DNA of 64,000 nucleotides from Cyanophora paradoxa CCMP329 (Eukaryota; Plantae; Glaucophyta), in assembly GCA_004431415.1 (NCBI GenBank), contig QPMI01000190.1:124001-188000 (forward strand), written 5' to 3'. Numbering within the stretch: position 1 is the first letter of the stretch; every line of letters begins with the position of its first letter. The notes below the pieces were generated by a model. The model saw nothing but the letters and a program-made list of their open reading frames with translations, did no database searches and was not told where the DNA came from. Below, piece after piece: positions 13,548 to 25,645 of this stretch. A program made the translations under genes and the position numbers.

Positions 13548-16500
13548 ATGTCGGACCCGGCGGCCAGCACGTCGCATCCGGCCGCAGAGGCGCAGCCGGA
13601 GCAAGTGCCAGAGAGTCCTTCTGCTGCGAACGAGATCCAGCCGGGGCAGGACGACCTGAAGGAGGAGCTGTCCATGGAGGAGGAGAGCCTAGCGGCCGCT
13701 GCAACAGGAATCGATGCGTCTGCGCAGTGGACAGCGCAGGAGACCGCGTCCGGTCCGCAGCAGCCGCCCGCAGCTCCACCGCCGCTGCCCCCTATCCAGC
13801 TCCACGAGGCAGCGCCGGACGCGGCCGGGGCGGGCCGACGGGGGAGCGGCGGGACGCTCCAAGTACCAGTGGCAGGCGAGACCCCGGTCCATGCAGCCGG
13901 CCGCACGCGCCCCGAGCTGAGACGGGCGGCGCAGGGGATGGGTCGCACTCGCCGCGGGGCGGGAGGTTCGAGGCGGCGGCGGTGATGCCGGCGGAGGAGG
14001 AGCCGCTCGCCTCGAAGAAGAGCCTGCGCAGCTTCAAGGTCTCCCGCCCCGCCCCGCCCCGCCCCGCCCCGCAGCCGGCGGCTCCCTGAGACGCGGCCTC
14101 TCCCAGCTCGACCTTGCGGCGATCCCGGACGACGCGCCCGGCGAGGAGGCGGCCGACCCCGAAGTGGAATTCGAAGCCGGAGGCGCGGAGAAGGCGGCTC
14201 CCCCCGAGGCGGGGGTGGAGGGGGCGGCGCCGGCGATGGCGGAGGCGCGGGAGGCGCGGGACGAGGCGGCGGCTCTCCTCGCCGCTGAGGCGCCCCCGCG
14301 GCCCGGAACGGAGGAGCCGGCCCCGCTGCCGCAGCCGCTCGCGCAGCTGGAGATTTCTATACCGCTGGCGCCGCCGCCGCCGCCGGTCGAGGCCCCGGCC
14401 CCGTTGGCGGCGACGGAAGCGGCTTCCAGTTTGGAGGGGAGGGGAGGGGAGACGGGGGCGGGGGCGGGGGAGGTAGTGGCGGGGTTGCAGAGCGCGGGGT
14501 CGCAGGGCTCGCCGACGGGCCCCGGCGACCCGGCGAAGCTCAGCTCCGCCTCCCTGCTCGTCGAGGCGAGCCTCGGGCAGGTTGCCGCCGCCCTGCCCCA
14601 GCCGCCCTCCCCGCGCCCCTCGTCCCTCTCCGTCCCGGCCCTCACCCTCACCGCCCCCGCCTCCCCCGGGCCGCACGGGGAGATGTCGCCGCGGCGGGGC
14701 TCGGAGAGCCTCAAGGGCCGGCGCTCCGTGCGCGTCCTCCACCCCTTTGACGGGGAGGCGGAGGCGGACCTGGGGGACGCCGAGGGGCCCGCCGGCGGCC
14801 CCGCCCCGCGGCCCCGCCGCTCCGACCCGCCGCCCCTCGCCGCGGACGTGCCGCAGGGGGAGGGCAAGGCGTGCGCCGGCACGCAGACGGAGGCGGAGGC
14901 GGTCGAGGAGGGGCGGGGCAGCCTGCGCAACCGGCGCCCGAAGTCGGCGGCGCCGGCGCTGACGCGGGCGCGCTCCGCGCGCTCCTTCCGGGACCTCAAC
15001 CTGCGCGTCGTCATCGCCCAGGGCGCCGGCGGCCCGGGATCCGCCCGCGGGCTCGGCCCCGACGAGGGCGGGGGCCCGCCGCGGGGCCCGAGCCGGGCCG
15101 GCGGGGCGCTGCTGTCGGCGGCGGAGCCCGACGAGACGTCGACGCCGGCGCAGCTGCTCGCGCAGCTCGCCCACGTCTTCAACTTCTACTGCGCCTACGG
15201 CGACCCCCTCAACACGTCCGCCCGTCCCGCCCGCCGGCCGGCCGGGGCAGGTGCAGCGCAAGCTGAGCTCGGGGGCGGGGCGGGGGCGCGCAGGGGCCTC
15301 CTCTCCTCGACGAACTTCGTCAAGTTCGCGCGCGACTCCTTCCTCGTCGCCCCCCCGGGCGGCCTGCCCCCGGGCCTCGCCGCCTGCGTCCCCACCCCCG
15401 CGCCCCTCACCCCCGTCGACGCCGAGCTCGTGCGCCCGCCGCTGAGCCCGCGCTCCGCCCCGCGATCCCCCGCCTCGGCCTCGGCCTCACTCTCGCTCCC
15501 GCGCAGCTCTTCAAAGCGGTCGCGATGAAGCAGCCGGCGGCCGGCGCCCCCAACCGCCTCCCCTACGACGCCTTCGTCGCCGCCGTCGCCGTCCGCACCC
15601 TCCGCCCCGCCCTCTGCCCCTTCCCCTCGCCAAGTCTCTCCGCGCTGCAGATGCTGGCGGAGCGGGTGTACCCCGAGGAGGGGGCGAGCATGCGGACGCC
15701 GCGGCGGACGAAGCGGGAGGACTCGCTGGTGCAGGGGATGCTGCTGGGGCAGGCGCCCCTCAACGCCGGCAGCCCGACGGCGGCGCCCTCGTCGATCCCC
15801 GCGGGGGCGTCGGGCCCCGTGCTGGCTGCGGCGGCGGAGCGGGTGCTGCGGCGGCACGTGATGCCGTACGCGTCGCGGGCGCCCCCGGAGCCCTTCCTCG
15901 CCCTCATGGCCGCCCCCGAGCTCGCCGAGTTCGTCGCCGCCATGCAGGCGCGGCCCCCCCGCCCCCTCCCCGCCCCCCCCCCCGCCCCCCTCACGCTCCT
16001 CCCCGCAGGGCACCCTCACCGCCGTCTTCAACGTCTACTCGAAGCGGCGGAGCGGGGCGGGGGCGGGGGGGGAGAGCGGGCGGGATCAGGGGCAGAGCCT
16101 GGCGGTGCCGCGGACGCCGCGGGCGGGGCGGGGGGGCGCGGGGCCGGGGCGGGGCGGGGCGGCGAACGCCCTCTCCGACGTCGAGTCGACCCTGAACGAC
16201 GACGACCACGCCTCCACCGTCGCCGTCCGCCCCGGCCCCCGCCCCGCCCGCCCCCCCCCGCCCCACGCCCTCGCCCACCCGCGGCGGCCGCAGTCGCTGG
16301 TGGGGGCGGAGGGCGGGGCGGGGCCCGGGGGCGCGGGCGTGGTCGTCGGGGGCGCGGCTGGTGCGGACGATGGAGATGGGCGACTTCCTCCAGCTCGCCG
16401 CCGACTTCGAGGTCCCCCGCCCCCGCCCGCCCCCAACCCCAGCCCCCGCACGCCACCCCGCGCCTCGCCGTGGCCCGGATCTAGCGCCAGCCCCTCGAGG

Positions 16501-18782
16501 AGGCGGGCTGGGTGCTGAGGGGCGCGGGCGGGCAGGTGACGCCGGGGCTGCTCTCGCTGGCGGACCTCGCGAAGATCTTCCGCGACGCCCTCCTCGCCGA
16601 CGAGGCCGGCCCCGCCGACGCCCAGGCCCAGGTCCCCCAGCAGGTCCAACGCCCCCCCGGCCCCACCCGCCCCCGAGCCCGGCCCCGCGCGGAGCTGCCG
16701 CCGCGCCCCCTGACCCCTCCGTGGCTCCTCTGCGGGGCGCAGATGACGCGGCGGGACTTCATCCGGGGCCTCGGCGCCGTCGCCTTCGGGACGGCGACGC
16801 GGGCGCACCAGCGCGCCACCGCCGAGGCGCTCGCGGCGGGGGACGAGCCGCCGCCGCCCCCCGAGCTCAACCCCGAGACCGGCGTCCGAGTCTACAGGTG
16901 CGCGCCACGCCGAGGGGTGGAGGAGGGGGGCGGGGCCCATCGCCTTCGCCCTCGCCCCTGACCGGCGCGGCCCGCCAGCGAGTTCATCTTCCGGATGGAC
17001 CGCCTGATGCCGGCCAAGCTGCGCGGCGGCGCCAACAAGAAGAAGATCTCCCTCGTCACCCCGGTGCGCCCGGAAGGGGCACTCGCGGGTGCCCTCGAAG
17101 GCGGTCTGACGGGGGGAGCGAACGAAGGCGCTGGAGGCGTTCCGGGCGGGGCGGCGGCCCACGCTGGAGAAGGCCGAGGAGATCGTCGTCGTGGACGAGG
17201 CGGCGATCGCCGCGGCCGAGCGGGCGCGCCTCGCGAAGGAGGCGGCCGAGGCGGCGGCGGCGGCGGAGCGGGAGGCGGCGGAGGGGCGGCGGGGGGGCTG
17301 GTGGAGCTGAGCGCGGGCGAGCTCGTGCTGATGCACGCTCACCAGCTCCAGTTCCTCCACGCCTGCTTCGAGCAGCGCCTCGCCGCCGCCGAGCAGGCCT
17401 TCCGCCGCCGCCTCGCCGCCGCCCAGAAGCAGGCCGCCGCCGCGCCGCGCTGGGCCCCGGCGCCGCCCCCGCCCAAGGCCCGTAAGCCGCTCCACGAGGA
17501 GGCCGCGGAGCCGTCCCCGCGGCAGCGGCAGGCGCCATCGGCGGCCTCCGCGGCCGCCGCGGCGCGGGCGGCGCGGCTCGAGCGGGAGAAGGCGGATCGC
17601 ATCCGGGCCGAGCGCCTGGCCGCCGAGAACCCCAAGCCCAAGCCGCGGGAGGCGGGGGCGGGGCCGGGGGCGGGGCGGGGGCGCCGACCCCGAAGGAGGC
17701 GCTGCGGCCGTACGAGCTGGTGGTGCTCGAGGAGGAGGGCGCTGAGGGCGCCGGCTCCCTAACCGCCCGCCGCCGCCCCCCGGCCCCCGCCTCCTCCGCC
17801 CCGCATCCCGCCCCCGCCGGGGCCCTCCGCCGCTCGCCCGCCCCGGCCGCCGCCGCACGGCCCGCACCATCCCGCCGGCGATCAGCCGGCGGCGGCGGGG
17901 GCGGCGGCGGGGTCCCTGGAGGACTCCCTCCCGCTGGTTCCCACAGGCGGCGGCGCCTTCTCCCCTTCGCCCTGCCGACGGTCCCCGAGGCGGCGGCGGC
18001 TCCCGAGGCGGTCGGGAGGAGGCGGGGGAAGAGGAGGGGGAGGGGGAGGAGGGCGGGGCGCCTCGGGGGCGGGGCGGGGGCGCTGGGGAGGTGCCGGGCT
18101 CGCGGCGCCTCTACGCCGTCGGGGGCGCCCACGGCTTCCGCGACCAGCCCCGCTCCCCCGCTCCCGCGCTCCCCCGCCACCGCCCCCACGGCCCCCGCCC
18201 GCTCCCTCCCCGCACCCCTCCGACGCCGCCCCGCACCGCCCCGCCCGCCCCTTCCTCCTCCTCCTCGCCCCCGCCGTCCCATCCAATCCTCCGGCGGCGC
18301 CCCCGCCGCTTCCCCCGCGGCCGCAGCGGGCGACGCCGGCTGCGGGGGCGGGGGCGGGGGCGGAGGCGAGGGCGGCGGCGTCGCGCGGCTCGGTGGACGC
18401 GAGCGCGGAGCTCCCCGCGCGCCCCGTCGTCGAGGAGTGGGGGCCCCCCGCCGCCGACCCCGACGACGCGTACCCCGACGACGACTTCGAGGGGGAGGAC
18501 GGCGGCGAGGGGTACGACGCGGTGCTGGAGGAGGCGGGGCCCGGCGTCGGGTGGCCCCCGGCCGAGCTGGACGCGGGGGCGGCCTTCTGGGGCCTGCCAC
18601 CGGACGCCGCGGCGCCGGCCGGGGCCGGGCACGCCGACGGGTCTCTTTGGAGCGACGAGGGGCCCGAGCCCGCGGCCGCCCCGCGCCGCCTCCCCGCGCC
18701 CCCCGCCGTCGCCCGCCCGGGCCCGGGCCCCCGCCCAGTCGTCGGGGGCCGGCCCAAGCCCTCCCCACGCGCCCTTTCCTAG
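13548..18782 (+). CDS. Large protein with p25-alpha (TPPP)-like and EF-hand-like domains plus coiled-coil C-terminus
   Basis: VFNFYCAYGDPLNT|GLLSSTNFVKFARDS...LTPVDAEL|LFKAV...LPYDAF; MEMGDFLQLAADFE...LLSLADLAKIFRD; MTRRDFIRGL; TAG 18782. Confidence 0.6.
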
Positions 18783-18876
18783 CCCAGGCGCCGTCATCGA
18801 TATCGCAGCCGCGGGGAAGCTCTAGATTTAGTGTCCAGTGCGAAACCTGTGCGTAGTGCGTGTAGCTGTTGCAGCG
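18487..18876 (+). repeat. Source copy of an about 0.4-kb direct duplication (gene 3' end plus flank)
   Basis: Collinear with 20690-21205 (tcgagggggaggacggcggcgaggggtacgacgcgg ... gccttctggggcctgcca ... catcgatatcgc ... ccagtgcga). Confidence 0.9.
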
Positions 18877-19063
18877 GTAGCCTTGGCCTGTACCGTATCC
18901 CTGAGAGTTTTTTATGTCTCCAGAATGTCCCTTCATTGAAGAACGCGTTTCTAAAACCCTTCACTTAGTAAATCAGAGTCCAACCCGGTTAATCTGGGTG
19001 GGCCCGGCGCCCGACCCGGCGGGCTCCATTCTTAGTCGTCATCCAGTTCGCAGGCAAAGGCAC

Positions 19064-20641
19064 TCATCGATCAGGAGACGGAGACGGATGGATCGGGAGG
19101 GGATTCGAAGGGGGGCTGGAGGGCCTCGAGGCGGGGCAGGGCGGCGAGGGCGCGGTCCGCGAGCAGCGCCACGTGCGCAGCCGACCGCTTCTGCGACATT
19201 CAGATCAAAGGGGGGTACGCATCCGAAGAAAAGGGCCGGTCGGGAGTCAAACCTGCACCATGATGTTCGAGGCTCCGGGGTGCCGCGCCACCGCCTCGCA
19301 GGAGCTCGGCCCCTCGCTCAGCTGCGAGATGTAGGGCGCCGTCGCCTGGGGTACGAAGTTGGCGGCGGAGGAGGAAAAGGGGGGAAGGGGGGTACGCGCC
19401 CTCAAGTAATCGAGGACGCAGAGGTCGAATTGGGCGGCGAGGGAGGCGGCGCTGGGGGCCTCCGGCCGCGCCTCCGGCGGCAGCGCAGCCCTGCGGGGTG
19501 TGAGGGGCAGGGGGTAGAGGAAGGTAAGAGAGGGGTACCGGAGCTCGGAGGCGTAGTGCTCGAGGTAGGGTCCCTCGCCGGCCCCCTGCAGCGCCTCCAG
19601 CTCGCTCTGCTCTGAGAGTGAGGGCGTGCAGAATTCTTCAAGGGGGTACGCGCACGGAGGAGAGGATAAGGTACGCCACGTCGGCTATCGGCGGCCCCAT
19701 CCTGCGGGCCTCACTTTGGCGGGGGTACAGGCTTCTAGATTCGACAGGACGCGCACCCCGTCCACTGGAAGTCGACGGCGGCGACGTCGGCGTACCCCTC
19801 GCCGAAGAGGATGTTGCCGGCCTTGTAGTCGCCGTGGACGAGGGTGCGCAGGCCGCCGTCCTCGCCGGCCCAGAGGCGGTCGAGGGCGCGGGCGAGCGAG
19901 GGGAGGCGGGCGTGCAGGCGGGGGGCGAGCTCCGCCGCCGCCGCCGACGCGAAGCCGAACGCCGAAACGATCGCCGCCCAGTACTGCGAGCGAAAGGGGC
20001 GAGCTCAGGGAGAGGAGGAGATGGACGCACCGAGGCCGCACCTCGCGCAGCCTCGCGGCCTGCTCGGGGGGCCGTTTTTCGTGCGTCCACCATCCGCCCT
20101 TCTCCCACAGCGCGCTCCGCAGCGATTCGCGCCCCCCCTCCGGGAGCCAGTGGAACGAGGCGTGCAGCCGCGCGGCGGCCGAGAGGGCGCGCCGCAGGTC
20201 CTCTGCGTTCAGCAGGTAGCGGCGGGACCAAGGGATCGACTCCATCGCGTACGAGTAGCTGGATCCCTCGGCACGCTCCGCCGCGTACACGGTCGGAACG
20301 CGCAGCGGACTTCGCGAGGCGCGCGCCAGCGCCGGCGCCGCCTCGAGGAGGAACCGCCACTCGTTCTCAAAGGAGCGCAGCGTCTGCGCCCGCGCGTGCG
20401 CGGCCTTGCCGGCGAGCGCAGCGACGCCGTCGACGGCGATGGTCTTGAGAACAAGCACGGGCGCGCGCCGCAGCCCGTCGGCGCGCTGGACGACCGCAGA
20501 GGCTCGCTCGACGGTGCTCTGCGTGCCGCTGTGGCCCTCGACCTCGCGACGGCCGGTAACCTCCAGCAGCCGCTCGTCGGCGGCGATGGCGCCCGCCTCG
20601 CGCAGCCCGCGCTCGATCGCTGAAACTGGAAGCTGCGGCAT
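19064..20641 (-). CDS. EcKinase/aminoglycoside-phosphotransferase-like kinase
   Basis: LVLKTI...SFENEWRFL...VPTVY...LARLHA-like (AARLHASF)...TLVHGDYKAGNILF...VDFQWTG|MGPPIADVAYLILSS...YLEHY; TGA 19064. Confidence 0.85.
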
Positions 20642-20689
20642 GCCCGGCGGGCGCCGCGGCCGGCGCCTGCGCAGCTGGACAAATACTAC

Positions 20690-21205
20690 TCGAGGGGGAG
20701 GACGGCGGCGAGGGGTACGACGCGGAGGCCGGGCCCGGCGTCGGGTGGCCCCCGCGCCGGCCGATCGCGAGCTCGACGCGGGGGCGGCCTTCTGGGGCCT
20801 GCCATCGGACGCCGCGGTGCCGGCGCCGGCCGGGGCCGGGTCTCTTTGGAGCGACGATCGCGAGCTCGAGTCCTATAGCGCTAGCTACTAGGCTAGGGCC
20901 GGCCCGGCGGGGTCCGGACGCCGTGACGATCCGATCCGAGCGCTACTAGGCTAGCCCGCGGCCGCCGCCGCCCCGCGCCGCCTCCCTGCGCCCCCCGCCG
21001 TCGCCCGCCCGGCGCGAGCCCGGCCGGCCTCCGGCCCGTCGCCAGGCGCCGGCCGGGGGCCGGCCTAAGCCCTCCGGATCCCCACGCGCCCTCTGCTAGC
21101 CCAGGCGCCAGCATCGATATCGCGGCCGCGGAGGAGCTCTAGCCCTCGATCTAGATCTATTCCCCAGTGCGAGACGTGTGCGTGGAGCGCGTAGCTGGAG
21201 CAGCG
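20690..21205 (+). pseudogene. Decayed duplicate of 18487-18876, expanded by palindromic insertions
   Basis: Direct alignment by eye; frame disrupted by insertions such as tcgcga, ggatc, ctagctactag. Confidence 0.85.
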
Positions 21206-21291
21206 ATCGTGAATCCGATGGTCTCCTCTGCCGCAGTGCGCGTGTACGTGTTCGCCACACCGCTTGCAATCGAGTGTGAAGAAGGGCGATG

Positions 21292-23549
21292 CTACGACGT
21301 CGGGACCGCCGGCTGCAGCTGCAGCCTCTTCGGGATCTGCTCGTGGAGGGCGCTCAGGACCCGCTCGAGCCGCTCGTTGCCGCCGCCGAGGCCTTGGATG
21401 AGGGCCCCGATCTCGCCCCTCAGGCGCTCGAGCGTCGCCACGGCGTGCGTGAAGGCCCCCGACTGCTCCATGAGCTCCACCGCGAACCGCTTCAGCTCCG
21501 CGTCTTGCGTCCTCTGCTTCAGTATGTCTGCCCGTGGCCGAAGCTCGGCGCCGCGCGGGAGGATTCGAATTTGAAGGGACTCGGTGCGGGGCGCACTGAG
21601 GAGCTTGGAGCGGACGGAGCGGTCACGGGCGCGCTGGCACGTGTAGACGACGACGAAGGAGAACTTCCCCTGCGCCCCGAAGCTCACCCCAGTCCGACCT
21701 CAAGCGCGCAGCGTTTGCCGGCGCCGCGCCGCCGTCTGCGCCCACCTCGCTCAGGTCGTCCGCAAACGACTTCGAAGCGGCCATCTGCGGTCGTGAGACG
21801 CGTCAAAAGCGGGAAGCAGCAAATTCAATCTCATCTTCAATTCGCAGCGGCAAAGTTCAAACCTTTTCCGATGAGACATTCAACAGATCTGTCGCCGATC
21901 GCGAGTTCAAGCGCATCCCACGTGGACTCCGGATGAGGGAAGCGAACGATAACAACAACAGTTACCGTCGAGGATCTGGAAGTAGAGACCGAGGGCGTTG
22001 AGGAGCGGCACATAGTCCCGCTTGTCGTCGCTGAACTCCTGCATCACCCTGCCCCCCGACCGCGAGGGATCACTGTCAGCTGCAGCGACGCTGGGAACGC
22101 TTCAGTGAGTCACGCGCCGCACCTGACTGCGAGCCTGAAGAGGCCCCCGGTCTTGTTCTGAACCTGGCCGGCGGTGCCCAGATCGCTCGCTTTGCGGATA
22201 GGAGGAATCACGATCGCTCGGATATTGAGTCGAGCCACTCACCATTTCCTGCAGAGACGAGCATCACAATCATGCATCAGGCCTGAGAATTTAAGAATAG
22301 ATGGAGGAGGGGGTGATGGAGGGGGAGGGAGCGGGGGGGGGGGGGGGGGGGGGGGGAGGGGCAAAGGGAAAGGGTGGGGTGGGGTGGAGGGGGAGGGGAA
22401 GGGGGGGGGGGGGGGGGGAAGCGGGGGGCTCACGGGGGGAAGCGGAAAACAAGGCTCACTTGGTACTGCTCCTCTGTCGGGCACTGAAATGCATCGCGCC
22501 AGAAGATATCCATACCCTGGCCTTTGTGCAGGTTCAGCATCTCTTCAATCGCTGCGGAGGTAGCTGGGAAGCTGCCGAGCTGAACGATTTCTTAACGAGT
22601 TTAAATGAGTTGAAAGATCAAGGTTCTTTCGGGGGCGTGCACCTTGCATCGCGAGGAAAATGACGTAGGTTGCACTGTTGATCGTCATGGGAACGCCGAA
22701 CACCATGTGGCTTGCAGGCTGCCCGCGGCGAAGCCTGCGATGAGTCTCTCAGATGTTTCGGGAGCTTGGGCGGCAGGGGAACGGTTCGGGTGGCGGCGGC
22801 GGGTGGCGGGGGTTGGGAGGGGGGAGGCCTATGGCCGAGAACGGGGAGGGGCCGGGGGTGCAGCTGCTGGCTTAGACCTTGGGCGGGTACGGTTATAGGA
22901 GGCGGGCGGAAGAAACGGGTCGGGGGCTGAGGGGGATGGGGTACGGAGGAAGGGGGGGGAAAGGGGGGGGGGGGGGGGGGCTAGATCTGGGGCGGGTACG
23001 GTTCTAGGCGGCAGGCGGCGGGGGAAATGGGTCTGGTGGTGGGTTTAGACGATAGGCAGCTGGGTACAGGAGTACCTGGATCCGTCCTCTATATCATCGA
23101 TCATCTACACGGTGGCCCAGCCCGAGTATGAGTCGGCGCAAGCGCAACGGGCGGACACTGTCGCGCACCAACGAAGCGTTGTGCAGTTTTTCAACCTGGT
23201 ATCAAACCGGGATCAGGCGAAGCTTAAGCGCCCATGCGCGCGTAATGGAGGAAGGCTTACGAGGCTCCTGATGGCGACCAAGACCTTTGCGTCGACGCGA
23301 AGCCACTCGTTAAATCTGAGACCGGCACCCGCGCGCGCCTTAAGCTTCCTCAGGCCACGAACATGTTCGTGGTTTTGGCGCATACGCATCAATCAGCGCG
23401 GTCCGCACTTCTTTCCCTATTCGGTACGCGTCAGCGCGCGGTCCAATTCAAATGAATGCAATCGCCGCTGACAGCTTGCCTCGGTTTTGTGCGATGTGGA
23501 AGTACGGCGCAAGCAGCGCTTCGAATTCTGCTGCCTCGCCGTCTTCCAT
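21292..23549 (-). CDS. GGPS1: Geranylgeranyl diphosphate synthase (type III, GGPS1/BTS1-like); extra 5' exons possible up to about 24030
   Basis: Spliced: LLAPY..NR|[11 protein letters not shown]|FNEWL...LHNASL|[10 protein letters not shown]|LRRGQP...[21 protein letters not shown]|EM|[14 protein letters not shown]|VMQ...LGLYFQILD|DLLN...KSFADDLSE|GKFSF...ILKQRT; FARM and SARM motifs present. Confidence 0.93.
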
Positions 23550-24149
23550 TGAGTCTGTGACCAAAAACAACGCGTCAGCACCGCAGGTCTGGCATGGACG
23601 CATCGCGCGATGCAGAGGCAGCGCTTACAGCCCTCCATTCCCGGCCGAATCCCGTCAAGCGCGAACCAGTCGCACCTGAAGTAGATCGTCTAGAGTGCCA
23701 GCAGCCGCCGATGCTCGGAACTTGTTCGATGGGTGGCGCGCGCCGCTCGGGCCTGTTTGCCTCAGTACGCTCGTCTGAAGCCGCGCTTTCGACTCTCTAC
23801 CCCCGAGCTCGTAACACCATCTACCCGTAACGCGTGCCATCGCACTTGCCATCGCTGTCAGCGCAGCTGCCATTTGTCATCGCAGCTGTCAGGCCCGACG
23901 CGCGATTGGATCAGCGAACTCAGCCGTCCCTCGCCGGCGGTCTGCCGCCGTGCTCGCGTTGCAGATCAGGGAACGCTTCGCCTATCGTGCATTTCAGACA
24001 CGACCAACGACATCTGGACTAGCCGTAGCAGCTGTTTGGCTAGCAGTGGGCCGCCGGTCGAATCGTAAGGGCTCAGACAGATAGGCAAGTGACGTCGGAA
24101 ATCGAAATCGAATACCGAAGCTCGAGATCGAAACCTAGGCCTACTTACC

Positions 24150-24974
24150 CTACGGGCTTAAGATCATAGGATCAAAGGTGCGAGCCGGGTCAGCGCTTCC
24201 CCATCCGTCTTCAGCTTGCACCCAGAGCAGCAGGTCCACTCGAATTTGTCCGCCTGCGGCGCCCGGGGCGTTTTTGCGAGGGGCAGCGCCGGCGTTTCCG
24301 CTCTCGCGCACCTTGAAGTAACGACGGAGGAGATCAAGGGTGCTGGAGCGCGTCGGGGCGCCGCCGCTCGACTGGGGGAGTTCGCCGGGGATGTCCCCCT
24401 GCTCCGCGAAGACGGCGGACGTGTACTTGCATCGTTTGCACCTCCTGTCCCGTCGGACGCCGAACGTGTACGCTGCTTGGACCTGCCCGGGCGGTGCGCG
24501 GGCGTGAGGGCCGGGGGCGCCGGGGAGGCGATGGGCTTTTACCGCTTTGGGTAGCTCCTGGCACATTTTCACGAAGAACAGGTAGGCGTCCTGCTGAGTT
24601 GCGCCCCAGAACGGCGATTTCCGCGGGCTTCTGGGCGGGGGGCCGGATGCGGCATCGGCGGCCGCCACCGCTCGCTTGAGCTCCTGGCAGGAGTGCACGC
24701 CGTCCTTCCTGTTGGGACGCCCCTCGCACACCTGCGCCTCGTTAGCGAGCGTTCGAGCTCCCCAGGGGCGCCGCGCCCCCCGCGCGCCTGCAAGACGAGC
24801 TCCCGCAGCTGTCCCGCGACGCCGCCTTGCCAGTTCTCGGCGCCGAGGGCGGCGACGATGGTCTGCATGGCGGCGATGCAGTGAACCACGACGATGGCGT
24901 AGCACGCGTTGCCCTCGTTCATGAACCCGAGGCGGGGCCCCAGGACGGCGGCACCCCAGACGGCGGGGCCGATC
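24150..24974 (-). pseudogene. Ubiquitin-specific protease (C19) N-terminal half; His box not found
   Basis: Cys box LGFMNEGNACY, QQDAYLFF box, RCKRC zinc-finger half; ORF stops at 24150. Confidence 0.6.
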
Positions 24975-25363
24975 TGGCGCCGGGGGCGGGAGGGGCGCAC
25001 GTCAGTCGGGCAAAGGCGAAGGCAAAAGGCGACCGCGGTCGATCGAGCGGGCAGATGCGAAAGCAGCCGGGATGGCGTCGGGCCAGATCGCGCGAGAGCG
25101 GGGCGGGGCGAGCGCTAGCATACGTGCGCTAGCGGGGCTCGTGCTCGTTTGTATCGCAGCACGCGCGCTTTCGTGCGGCGCACCGTGTTCATTCCTGGTC
25201 GTTCGCGGGAGGCTGGCCGTGCGGGGCGTGAGCGGGGTTGAAAGGCGCAGTGCGCGGGGAGGCTCACTGTAGCGCTGTTTTCCGGCGTGGTCGGCGTAGC
25301 CGGCTCGCGCAGGGCCCTGCAGCTGTCCGTTCTACGGGCGTGAAGGGGTACCGCAACTGTGAG

Positions 25364-25645
25364 CTTTCGTCCAACTTTCGTCCAACTTTCGTCCGAGTAC
25401 TAGTGCCAGTCGACGTCGTAATCCGATGATCAAACCTCAACTTTCGTCCAACTAGTACTTTCGTCCAACTTTCGTCCAACTTTCGTCCGAGTACTAGTGC
25501 CAGTCGACGTCGTAATCCGATGATCAAACCTCAACTTTCGTCCAACTAGTACTTTCGTCCAACTTTCGTCCAACTTTCGTCCGAGTACTAGTGCCAGTCG
25601 ACGTCGTAATCCGATGATCAAACCTCAACTTTCGTCCAACTAGTA
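25364..25645. repeat. Three identical 94-bp tandem units, each with four copies of the 11-mer CTTTCGTCC(A/G)A
   Basis: Unit ctttcgtccaa ctttcgtccaa ctttcgtccga gtactagtgccagtcgacgtcgtaatccgatgatcaaacctcaa ctttcgtccaa ctagta; ORF-track offset 25430 to 25524 equals 94. Confidence 0.95.

Noticed and set aside
9888-18936. Long overlapping Arg/Pro/Gly/Ala-rich ORFs on both strands in the ORF track
   Set aside because: Expected shadows of very high GC content; the true genes are spliced and explain the GC3 pattern
19225-19262. B-box-like GGTTTGACTCC followed by TTTT on the minus strand (SINE or tRNA)
   Set aside because: It coincides with a splice donor (CAG|gtttga) of the kinase gene and has no A box
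21960-22170. Captured GGPPS gene fragment in a Pack-type transposon
   Set aside because: All other exons were found; the gene is complete and intron-rich
22333-22980. Long poly-G runs as a special element (also poly-C at about 51490-51548)
   Set aside because: They fall within C-rich introns typical of this genome, and homopolymer lengths are unreliable
25364-25645. CRISPR array or hammerhead-ribozyme repeat (GGACGAAA on the minus strand)
   Set aside because: Spacers are identical and there are no cas genes; no CTGANGA core on the strand carrying GAAA
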